Shown here: piece by piece, positions 46,944 through 54,775 of the stretch
Layout: each line of letters opens with the position of its first letter
Numbering within the stretch: position 1 is the stretch's first letter
Virus record (IMG/VR): IMGVR_UViG_3300042923_000281
Coordinates: 212,979-276,978 of that record
DNA length: 64,000 nt
Strand: one strand, 5' to 3'
The notes under the pieces: model-generated
What the model saw: the letters and a program-made list of their open reading frames with translations, nothing else
Database searches by the model: none
What the model was told of the DNA's origin: nothing
Program-made: the position numbers and the translations under genes

Positions 46944-47300
46944 TTAGGCTGCTTCGCGCAGTTCTACACGGTCGATGTGACCCGGGCAGAGTGGGTTGCG
47001 TTTCTGACCTTCGTTGTAATCTTCAACGCCAGTCATGACGTCGCCGAACGGTTTGATCAACCCGCCTACTGACCAAGTCGACAGGTGTGGACGACCTTCG
47101 TCATCCAGGTAGATCGAGTTGACGCTGAAGTAGGAGACACGACCGTAGAGGGCGACGACTTCTTCTTTGCCACCTGCCTTGTGGACACCCACAGCGCAGA
47201 TGGTTTCCAGGCCACGCTTTGGATCGTGGTTGTCGATGATCTTGAAACCGGCAGCTTTAACGGCTTCGATGATTTGTGCTGGGGTGGCTTTAGTAGTCAT
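46944..47300 (-). CDS. Hypothetical protein (118 aa)
   Basis: AGGAG RBS. Confidence 0.78.
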   Translation of the reverse strand: MTTKATPAQIIEAVKAAGFKIIDNHDPKRGLETICAVGVHKAGGKEEVVALYGRVSYFSVNSIYLDDEGRPHLSTWSVGGLIKPFGDVMTGVEDYNEGQKRNPLCPGHIDRVELREAA

Positions 47301-47345
47301 GGTGTTGCTCCTGATGCAAGGGTTAGGGTTTTGTGTTGCGGTGGA

Positions 47346-47480
47346 TTATTCGGACAGCTTGCGGATCGTGGTACCGATGACCCAGCCGAGTGCAGCAGCT
47401 ACGCCGATCTTGGCAGCGAAGATGCCGAGGTGACCAGCGGTGGAACGGACTACGGCTTTACCAGTTTGTGCAGTTTGCAT
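47346..47480 (-). CDS. 44-aa single-helix membrane peptide
   Basis: GGAGA RBS; hydrophobic GIFAAKIGVAAALGWVIG; first gene after the promoter. Confidence 0.7.
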   Translation of the reverse strand: MQTAQTGKAVVRSTAGHLGIFAAKIGVAAALGWVIGTTIRKLSE

Positions 47481-47517
47481 GGTGATCTCCATTGATCGTG
47501 GTTGGTATCTCATCACT

Positions 47518-47544
47518 ACAATGTATTGTTGAAAAGAATTCGAA
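47518..47544 (-). promoter_or_regulatory. Putative phage early promoter
   Basis: TTCGAA-N13-TACATTGT. Confidence 0.72.
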
Positions 47545-47557
47545 TCACATTTCGACA

Positions 47558-47595
47558 CGGCATAAAGGCGGGGATGATCCCCCGCCCTATGTCAG
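47558..47595. terminator. Hairpin flanked by CGGCATA and TATGTC
   Basis: CGGCATAAA-GGCGGGG-ATGATC-CCCCGCC-CTATGTC. Confidence 0.75.
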
Positions 47596-48080
47596 ATGTT
47601 GTAATCCTCAGCCGCTTGCAATGCTTCTTTAACCGTCAGACTGGGTTGGTTTGGCGATGAAAGCGCTACCCGCCGGACGGCGTAATACATCCCGCCCATC
47701 AGGTCACGTAGCTGCTGGCAGATAAGACTGCTCTCATGCCATTCCGATTCAGCGGACAAGGTCAGCTCATGGGCCTGTGCCACAATTTCCCCGAACACCT
47801 TCTCTGCCACTAACCGACGATCTTTGTCAGTCACGAACGTCGGATGGGACGGATTAGCGAGGATCTCATTGAAGAGTGCCTCACTGGTGATCCCGATAAT
47901 CTTTCTCACGGTGACTGGGTAAGCTGCTTCGGCGTTATCACCTTGACGCCCCGCGATAAACGAGACAGCTACCCCGAGCCAGCAGATGTTATCGTGGTGC
48001 CAATTGGGGTCTTTGGCTACCGGTTCCAAGATAGTGCAGAGAGTGACGATGTGGTGGTTCAACGGTGTGGCAAGGATCAT
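47592..48080 (-). CDS. Hypothetical protein (162 aa)
   Basis: AGGAA RBS. Confidence 0.72.
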   Translation of the reverse strand: MILATPLNHHIVTLCTILEPVAKDPNWHHDNICWLGVAVSFIAGRQGDNAEAAYPVTVRKIIGITSEALFNEILANPSHPTFVTDKDRRLVAEKVFGEIVAQAHELTLSAESEWHESSLICQQLRDLMGGMYYAVRRVALSSPNQPSLTVKEALQAAEDYNI

Positions 48081-48092
48081 GGACAGTTCCTG

Positions 48093-48434
48093 TTAGAGCT
48101 TCTGGGGTTTGTAACGGTACCCAGAGGCATGCGCGAGATGGATGAGGTACATCAGGTGGAAGAAATAGATGGTGGCAGCACAGGCAACCTTGGGGAAGAC
48201 CGCACACAGGAAGAACAGGATCGTGAAGATCCCTATCAGCCCGCTCAGGTCCTTTTGGGCCATTCCGTGCAGCACCATGGCGTAACCAATACCGTTCTCC
48301 TTCATGGAGCCTTTGAGGGTCCTGTAGACACGGTAGTGGTCAACGTACGGGACGAGTAGGAAGATCAAGAACCCTACTACAAACGCCCACTCAACGAAAC
48401 TCGTGATCGCCTTCAGAGTTATCATCGTCTGCAT
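48093..48434 (-). CDS. Small membrane protein (about 3 TM segments)
   Basis: Hydrophobic stretches WAFVVGFLIFLLV, LIGIFTILFFLCAVF, TIYFFHLMYLI. Confidence 0.7.
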   Translation of the reverse strand: MQTMITLKAITSFVEWAFVVGFLIFLLVPYVDHYRVYRTLKGSMKENGIGYAMVLHGMAQKDLSGLIGIFTILFFLCAVFPKVACAATIYFFHLMYLIHLAHASGYRYKPQKL

Positions 48435-48804
48435 CCTTAATCATACCCAGGTATTCAGCCAGTTCTTTCATCTTGCCTTCGACACTGACTTTCACGTTGC
48501 CGTTGTCAGCGACCAAGACAGGGATGCTGTCCGTCGCGTCTTCCGGTTTGCCTTTGTAGTAGAAGAGGATCTGTGCAGGCATGCCATCCGGTACAGGATC
48601 TTCTTTCACAATCCCGTTAACGAACGACTCAGCCGAATACGACAGGGTCTTCGGGATGGTCTGGACGGCGTAGCCCAGATTGACCAATGCACCGGCGGCG
48701 TCTTGGACGTTCTCATCCCAGTCTTCGATCATCAGACCGACCACCGGGGCTTTGGGCTCACCGTGGGGCGAGAGGGTTTCTTCAAGTGATGCAAAGATGT
48801 TCAT
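48391..48804 (-). CDS. Acidic hypothetical protein (137 aa)
   Basis: GGAG RBS. Confidence 0.75.
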   Translation of the reverse strand: MNIFASLEETLSPHGEPKAPVVGLMIEDWDENVQDAAGALVNLGYAVQTIPKTLSYSAESFVNGIVKEDPVPDGMPAQILFYYKGKPEDATDSIPVLVADNGNVKVSVEGKMKELAEYLGMIKDADDDNSEGDHEFR

Positions 48805-48808
48805 GGAC

Positions 48809-49525
48809 TCACCATTTGAATGCAGGAGGAGGGTTCAACGAGAGCATGTCCGCTGACAGGCCTTTGAGCTTGGCGTATTCACCAAAACCGATCTTGTTGA
48901 TCGAGTACGGCTTGACGTCAGACCACTGACCATGGACTTCAGGCGAAGGCCCGTCGATCATCCAATAGCCTTTGTCCAACTTCACGTCCCCGCCGAACAA
49001 CACACCGCCTTCCCGTTGGACATCCACCAACAGCTTGACCATGTACTGAGGATCTTTCCCCGTCTGAGGCAACATCTTCAGCTCAGCGTAGAACATCTTG
49101 GCGACGATGTTACCCTTGTACTCCCGGGTTTGGGGAGAGTAGGTCACCAGCCAGTGTTCATTACTCTGGTCCACGTCAAACAGTTGCTTCTTATTCGGCT
49201 TGATGGCGTACTCGTACGGGATGTCGTAGAGGTACCATCCATTCTTGTGGCGCTTACCGTCGTAGTTAGGCCACGTGATGTCACCCCAGGCAGCAACGTA
49301 CCCAATGAAGCACCCCATGATGCTAGGGGCTACAGAGACACGAGGCACCGAGATGTTTTCTTTCTGAGCAGCGCGACGAGTGACGTAAGGAGTGAACTTC
49401 TTGATCTCCCCATCGAGCGACATGTGGAACATAGGGCCTGCATCCTCAGCAGAGACGAACTCCACTGCCTTACGGATAGCAGTAGGCTGTAGGTCCAGCC
49501 ATTGCTTGATAGCGTCTGCACTCAT
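48809..49525 (-). CDS. Protein with an ADP-ribosyltransferase-like motif, possibly virion-associated
   Basis: MFHMS...F.P...E...PRVSVAPSI.GC...E.W pattern; AGGA RBS. Confidence 0.6.
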   Translation of the reverse strand: MSADAIKQWLDLQPTAIRKAVEFVSAEDAGPMFHMSLDGEIKKFTPYVTRRAAQKENISVPRVSVAPSIMGCFIGYVAAWGDITWPNYDGKRHKNGWYLYDIPYEYAIKPNKKQLFDVDQSNEHWLVTYSPQTREYKGNIVAKMFYAELKMLPQTGKDPQYMVKLLVDVQREGGVLFGGDVKLDKGYWMIDGPSPEVHGQWSDVKPYSINKIGFGEYAKLKGLSADMLSLNPPPAFKW

Positions 49526-49880
49526 GGCAGTATCCTGACGATTGTTCTATACACTACCTAACAATCAAAATAAAAAACGCCAGCTAAGCTGACTGATTGT
49601 AGGCCCTTTTAGTTTTTCACTATGAAATCAGACATATAGAGTGAGTACGTTTTGCCGGTATCTAGTATAGGTGAGGCTTCGCCTCACTAGAACAGCTCAT
49701 TGCGTCGTCTATCCTCCGGTCAGTAACCTTCCCTCCAGACAGCCACCACAACGGCAGACCATTCCCTTCCTATCCCAACCCCCAGACTAATTCCTCACTC
49801 CGTTCGTCATTAGTCTTGCCCCCTTCCCTTTCCTTCCCAAGAAGTTGACAAGCCTTGCATACTATACATAGCCCCGTTTA
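49526..49880. other. Largest non-coding interval; hairpins and C/G tracts (candidate origin or ncRNA)
   Basis: No ORF in the track; GTGAGGC-TTC-GCCTCAC at 49671-49687; AGACTAAT/ATTAGTCT stem at 49784-49816; C-runs 49764-49838. Confidence 0.5.
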
Positions 49881-49921
49881 AGAAAAGAAAAGAGCAGGGG
49901 GTGACCCTGCTCCTATGTCCG
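49881..49921. terminator. Terminator hairpin
   Basis: A-tract, GAGCAGGG-GGTGA-CCCTGCTC, then CTATGTCCG. Confidence 0.8.
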
Positions 49922-50338
49922 CTAGTGCACTACCGCCCGTTCCATTGGGATGGTAGACATTAGCGTGTAGATCTCCGAACTGTCGAACACATCGGTGACG
50001 TTACGGTAGACACAGATCCCCGTGTCCTTGTCAGTCAAGCGCACTGCCACAGCACCGTCGTTAGCGTACTGACCGTATTTGATCCCCTCATCATCCAGTC
50101 GGTCAAAGATGTCTTGACGGACCGAACTCATGATGAGCACTGTCTCCTGAGCCGTAAGCTTCTTCATCCCCACACAAGGAATGCCGACTACCAAGGCAGC
50201 CACCGAATCAACCAACTTACCGATCTGCTTACGGAACTCGTGCTTCTCACTGGGGAGCATGTCATCGAATTTACCAGACTGCTGGAAAGCGACCAGAGCT
50301 TTGAACTCTCGAACCAGTTGCTCGAACGTTTGTTCCAT
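49922..50338 (-). CDS. Hypothetical protein (138 aa)
   Basis: AGGAA RBS before ATG 50338. Confidence 0.72.
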   Translation of the reverse strand: MEQTFEQLVREFKALVAFQQSGKFDDMLPSEKHEFRKQIGKLVDSVAALVVGIPCVGMKKLTAQETVLIMSSVRQDIFDRLDDEGIKYGQYANDGAVAVRLTDKDTGICVYRNVTDVFDSSEIYTLMSTIPMERAVVH

Positions 50339-50447
50339 TTGACATTCCTGCAAAAAAAGATCCTTATCACACCAGACGCTCAAGAGCGAAGGGGATGGCA
50401 CACGACTGGATTGGGGGTCGTGATAAGGATCAATGGGGTGTGTAGGG

Positions 50448-51032
50448 TTATACCGCAAAGCTGACGTAGTACGACGTCGACATTTCGATGTTGTCGATGT
50501 TGTCCTTGCTCGGCTCCTTGAAGATCTTCCAGGACTCGTTGGTCATCGGGTCATTGAGGTGACCGATCAGACGCTTGTTGCCCAAGTCCACCATGCGAGT
50601 GCGTTCACGAATCGCTGCACGCATTTGAGGTTCGTTCAACCCGATGGTCACCAGCCCGCGACCCTTTTCAAAGGTCACGATGGCGCCAGTGGATTCGATG
50701 ATGTCGAACTTCTGGTTCAGGGTGCCTTCTTCGTGGGCGGTACGCAGCTCGTCACGGATCAGGATGAAGGCCGGGTGTTCCAGAACGGTGTCTTGGAACT
50801 CGGACTGCACCTTGCACCAGTGAGTGGCTTCGAGCAGGGAGAACATGCGACCGAAGAGAGTGCCTTCAGCTTGTTTGTGCTGGCTGATGTCAGCGACGTT
50901 TCGAGACACGACGCGAACAGTGCCAACAGTACCAGTGAAGTTGTTATCTTCCTTCGCCATGAGTTGCTCCAGGGCAGTGTCATCAAGATGTACTTGGGTA
51001 ACGTCTGATTGTTGTTGGGTCAATGCGTTCAT
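50448..51032 (-). CDS. Hypothetical early protein (194 aa)
   Basis: GGAG RBS; first gene after the promoter motif. Confidence 0.78.
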   Translation of the reverse strand: MNALTQQQSDVTQVHLDDTALEQLMAKEDNNFTGTVGTVRVVSRNVADISQHKQAEGTLFGRMFSLLEATHWCKVQSEFQDTVLEHPAFILIRDELRTAHEEGTLNQKFDIIESTGAIVTFEKGRGLVTIGLNEPQMRAAIRERTRMVDLGNKRLIGHLNDPMTNESWKIFKEPSKDNIDNIEMSTSYYVSFAV

Positions 51033-51084
51033 TGGGAGACTCCAGATTCGTTAGTCGTTTGGTTAATGGTTCTAGCTCACCTGT

Positions 51085-51111
51085 TTAATGTATTACTGAA
51101 ATTATTTCGAA
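51085..51111 (-). promoter_or_regulatory. Putative phage early promoter
   Basis: TTCGAA-N13-TACATTAA. Confidence 0.72.
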
Positions 51112-51175
51112 TTGACCTGAAACGACAGCGTATCGCTATGAAACTTCGACTACTCTGTCCAACAGGATACCAGTT

Positions 51176-52438
51176 ATGTCAACCCCGGCTCCTAATGTGA
51201 AGTCGTTGTTCGAGGAGGCTACTAAGCACCTGACCATCGACCGCAAGTTCCTCCACAAGCTCCAAGGCTACCGTCAACACTTTGCCAACAAGAACGACGA
51301 TCACGTTGCGTTCTTCGGCGGACACCTCATGGGTGTACAAGATGTGCGCTTCACCAAAGCCGATCGTCTCGAATGGCTCAGCGGTGTACTCGACATCGAC
51401 GATGTCACGTTGCAAGAAGACCTGCTGACTCTGAGCACCCTCGTGCCCGACCCGAACAAGGTCCGCTTCGTATCCACAGACGTGATGAACCTCTCGTGTC
51501 TGTGGTTGGTCCATGCCATCTTCAATGCGCCTGGCCTGACTGACAAGGAAAAGCACCAAGGCATGATCGACGCCTTGCTCGTCCTTGAGTACAAGTTCAT
51601 CACCTCGATCTTGGCATACTGGTTCCCCAACCGTGCCGATGAAGCAGTGGCCACCGCCACCTACGCTCGCCTTCCGAAGAAGTTCAAACTCAAGGAAGTG
51701 GGGTCGTGGGGTGCATTGTTGGTGTACCGTGCTGAAGCCACCGTCAATGCAGCGTCGCCTCACTTCAAACTGAAGACGTTCCAGAAGTTCGACGACGACT
51801 ACGACATCATCTACATGGTCAACGACATTCAGGGCCGAATCAAAGGCTACCTGAAGAACATCCGTGACGTGTTCGAGATCGTCCGTAAAGACCCTACCGC
51901 CCTGATCCGTACCAACAGCAACACCACGGTGAACATGGACGGTGAGGTGGTCGTCAAGAACAAGAAGAACGTGTACTCCACGTATCGGCGTTACATTGAC
52001 GAGGTCATGACAGACCGTCAGAGCTTCATCATCCCGGAACTCACCGAGATCGTGGCGGGCTGCATGCCGAAGCTGCCGCTGCACAACATGATGCAGTGCC
52101 TTGAGTACATGACGCGTCACTCGTCTAAGCTCAAGGGTGACCCGGACGTGGCCAAACTGGTGGACTTGACACTGGAGCACCTGTTCGACTACATCGCCAC
52201 CAACCGCAACACGATCAACGTTCGGGACATTCCTGGACTGCTCACCAAACTGTGCAATCTGTACAAAGCGTCGCGGGCTAACAATGACCTGTTGCTGGGC
52301 ATGCGCGAAGTCGGTGAGAAACTGGTGCGTAAAGCAGTAAAAACCAAGAACGACAACTTGGTCATGTCGATCCGTACTGGTGCCATTCTGTATCTGGTGG
52401 CCCGTACCATCACCATGAACTACTACCGCAAGAGTTAA
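51176..52438 (+). CDS. Conserved chimallivirus virion protein (phiKZ gp32-like)
   Basis: FFGG.L.GV..VRF, Y..L.KKF.LK..GSW motifs; AGGA RBS. Confidence 0.75.
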   Translation: MSTPAPNVKSLFEEATKHLTIDRKFLHKLQGYRQHFANKNDDHVAFFGGHLMGVQDVRFTKADRLEWLSGVLDIDDVTLQEDLLTLSTLVPDPNKVRFVSTDVMNLSCLWLVHAIFNAPGLTDKEKHQGMIDALLVLEYKFITSILAYWFPNRADEAVATATYARLPKKFKLKEVGSWGALLVYRAEATVNAASPHFKLKTFQKFDDDYDIIYMVNDIQGRIKGYLKNIRDVFEIVRKDPTALIRTNSNTTVNMDGEVVVKNKKNVYSTYRRYIDEVMTDRQSFIIPELTEIVAGCMPKLPLHNMMQCLEYMTRHSSKLKGDPDVAKLVDLTLEHLFDYIATNRNTINVRDIPGLLTKLCNLYKASRANNDLLLGMREVGEKLVRKAVKTKNDNLVMSIRTGAILYLVARTITMNYYRKS

Positions 52439-52448
52439 AGCGACTCAA

Positions 52449-52484
52449 CATACAGGGCGGGGTGATCCCCCGCCCCTTATGCCG
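52449..52484. terminator. Hairpin+TATGCCG between convergent genes
   Basis: CATACA-GGGCGGGG-TGATC-CCCCGCCC-CTTATGCCG. Confidence 0.8.
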
Positions 52485-52486
52485 CA

Positions 52487-54703
52487 TCACCGAATCACGT
52501 AGTTGTTACCCGGTACTCTGAACGTCTTGCGATGACCCATGTTGAGGTTCAATGGACGGTCAACATCCAAGGCTCGACCAGGACCGAAGTTCCGGTTAGC
52601 GATGTTGAGTTTCTCACGGCTACTCTCCCTGATTTGGTCAAGGGACATCGTGCCTTCCATTTCAAACTCGTCGGTCACTTGGAGCAAGAGCAGTTCCAAG
52701 CGGTGCTGTAGCTTCATCCGTTCGAACGTGTTGCGTTCTTGACCAATGCGCTCACCCAGTTGAGTGACTTCATCACGGACAGCTTGCTGTTGGTCATAAC
52801 GGCGCTGTTCTTCCCACGAGAGCTTGTGTTCGGCTTCGTAGATACGACGCTTCACTTCGCTCAAGGTGATGCCGTAGTGTTCAAGGTTACGGCCATAGGT
52901 CAGGAACCAGTGGCAGAGCAACCAGCTGATAACGTGGTCATCGTGGCCCGAGGCGTCGTGGTCGATTCGACCATTACGTTCTACGAGGCGAGACAACTCA
53001 CTCTGGAGTTTGGCGTCACGTACCACCGCACCGGTCTTCTTGGCTGCTTCTTGCAGCACCGGACCGTAGATGATTTCACGCAACTGCGAGTTGGTTGGGA
53101 AACCGAAGTACTTCCGGTACGACCGGTAGTTGTCTCGGTCGCCAATGTATTCATGGTACCGTTTACGGTCCTCAGGCGACGAATCCTTGGCATCCACGAG
53201 TGTGGAGTAGATGCGCTTGGCCGGGTCGATCTTGAACGTCGGCATGGTGAGGAGCAGGGTGTCGAGGATACCGATCCAGGTGGATTTTGATTCAGGTACC
53301 ATCGTGAGTTTCGGGAAGCGGACCAACAGTTTACCCACCCACATGGCAAAGGCCGTGAGGTTAGAGTCGTTGACTGTCCACGCACCGACGACTTCCAGCG
53401 TACTGTTGTCGACAATGACCCCGGTGATGTTGTCTCGGCCCACGGCGTTGGAGGTATCCATGCCCATGGTGAGTTCGCGATTGAGAATGCCTTGTTGCAC
53501 TTCCCATTCTGGAATGTACCAGCGAATGGAATAGTTCTCCTGCTTGTCGATCTCCAAGTACATCGGTTTCACGACGCTCGAGTGGATCTTACGCAGGGTG
53601 TCCTTGGACAATGGGTTACGGGCGTTACCCGAGGTCCATTCGTTCAAGTAATCTCGACGGACGTTGTCACCGGTCTGACGGGATTCAGCGATCTTCTGAC
53701 GCAGCCACGCATCGGTCTTGCCGAGCTGTTTGTGGTTGAACGTACCGTTGATGAGGATCGCGTCTTTGTTACGGCACTGCTTACGCACCACATCGTACAG
53801 ATGCTCGGTGTTGTTGCAGTCGTAGAAGTGATCGTTCCACTCGGCTCCACCGGTCATCAGGTCGTAAGCGTAAGCGCCTTCGTCCGTGTCCAGTTCGCCA
53901 GCCGTTGTGGTGAAGATGTTACCGTACGGCAAGCCGTTGCGCGCTGCTTCTTCACGTGCTGCACCACCACCTGCCAGCATAACGCCGAGGGAGATGTGCA
54001 CGTTCTTCAGGAACGCGATTTCGTCCGTGTGGGAGTGCGGGGTGGTCAGACCACGACCCAGGTTACGTGCCGCTTCCTCGTCCTTTTGAGGAATGTACAC
54101 CACCATGCGGTTACCCTGAGACATGTTGGTGAATTCTTTCTGGTTGTCCGTGTCCTTCTTGACAATGTTGACCAGATACTTCGGCAGCAAACCACGCAGC
54201 TTCTTGAGACGGGCGATGTGTTCTTTAAACAAGTCACCCTTGGTGAACAAGTTGGAACGGGAGTTCCGTGCCCCGAACATCTGGTACCATACCGAGATGC
54301 CGTCGGAGTTCAACGACTTACCGGTCTGACGAATCTGCACCAGGAAGTAGTCGATGTGGTTCAGGAAGCTCCACCACAGTGAGATGTTACCTCGGTTAGC
54401 CTGAAGGACAACCGGCGTATCACCAGCGGCAGGTGGTACACGCATGACTTCACGGATGAAGTACCACGGGTTGAACGTGCACTCCACCTTGATCTTGAGC
54501 TTCATTTCCTCAGTGAGGAACGGGTCGTAGGGATCGACGCCCTGAAGGTCAGGCTGCATCAGTGCGAGCATGAACAGGTGGTTCTCTACGCCCATGTGTT
54601 TCAACAGGGCTGAGAACTCGAGGAATGAGGTGTTGGTGGTCTTTGTATCCCAGATGGCCGTGGGGTATCGGTCCCAGTCGGGCTTAAAGAGGATCGTTTC
54701 CAT
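52487..54703 (-). CDS. terL: Terminase large subunit (phiKZ gp25-like)
   Basis: NPWYFIRE, Walker A RQTGKS, Walker B HTDEIAF, TTTAG, nuclease GMDTS and HDDHVISW; AAGGA RBS, ATG 54703. Confidence 0.93.
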   Translation of the reverse strand: METILFKPDWDRYPTAIWDTKTTNTSFLEFSALLKHMGVENHLFMLALMQPDLQGVDPYDPFLTEEMKLKIKVECTFNPWYFIREVMRVPPAAGDTPVVLQANRGNISLWWSFLNHIDYFLVQIRQTGKSLNSDGISVWYQMFGARNSRSNLFTKGDLFKEHIARLKKLRGLLPKYLVNIVKKDTDNQKEFTNMSQGNRMVVYIPQKDEEAARNLGRGLTTPHSHTDEIAFLKNVHISLGVMLAGGGAAREEAARNGLPYGNIFTTTAGELDTDEGAYAYDLMTGGAEWNDHFYDCNNTEHLYDVVRKQCRNKDAILINGTFNHKQLGKTDAWLRQKIAESRQTGDNVRRDYLNEWTSGNARNPLSKDTLRKIHSSVVKPMYLEIDKQENYSIRWYIPEWEVQQGILNRELTMGMDTSNAVGRDNITGVIVDNSTLEVVGAWTVNDSNLTAFAMWVGKLLVRFPKLTMVPESKSTWIGILDTLLLTMPTFKIDPAKRIYSTLVDAKDSSPEDRKRYHEYIGDRDNYRSYRKYFGFPTNSQLREIIYGPVLQEAAKKTGAVVRDAKLQSELSRLVERNGRIDHDASGHDDHVISWLLCHWFLTYGRNLEHYGITLSEVKRRIYEAEHKLSWEEQRRYDQQQAVRDEVTQLGERIGQERNTFERMKLQHRLELLLLQVTDEFEMEGTMSLDQIRESSREKLNIANRNFGPGRALDVDRPLNLNMGHRKTFRVPGNNYVIR

Positions 54704-54775
54704 GACTGTTCCTTGACAGGACAACATACGGAACACAGGACTGCCGGGGATCACCCCAGCAGCCCCATGCACCAA

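Noticed and set aside
23770-49565. TAGGT...TATA/AATA motif upstream of 23730, 41003 and 49525 as a middle promoter
   Set aside because: Spacing is inconsistent and there are too few instances to support it.
49845-49875. TTGACA as a sigma70 -35 box
   Set aside because: No convincing -10 hexamer at 16-18 nt spacing.
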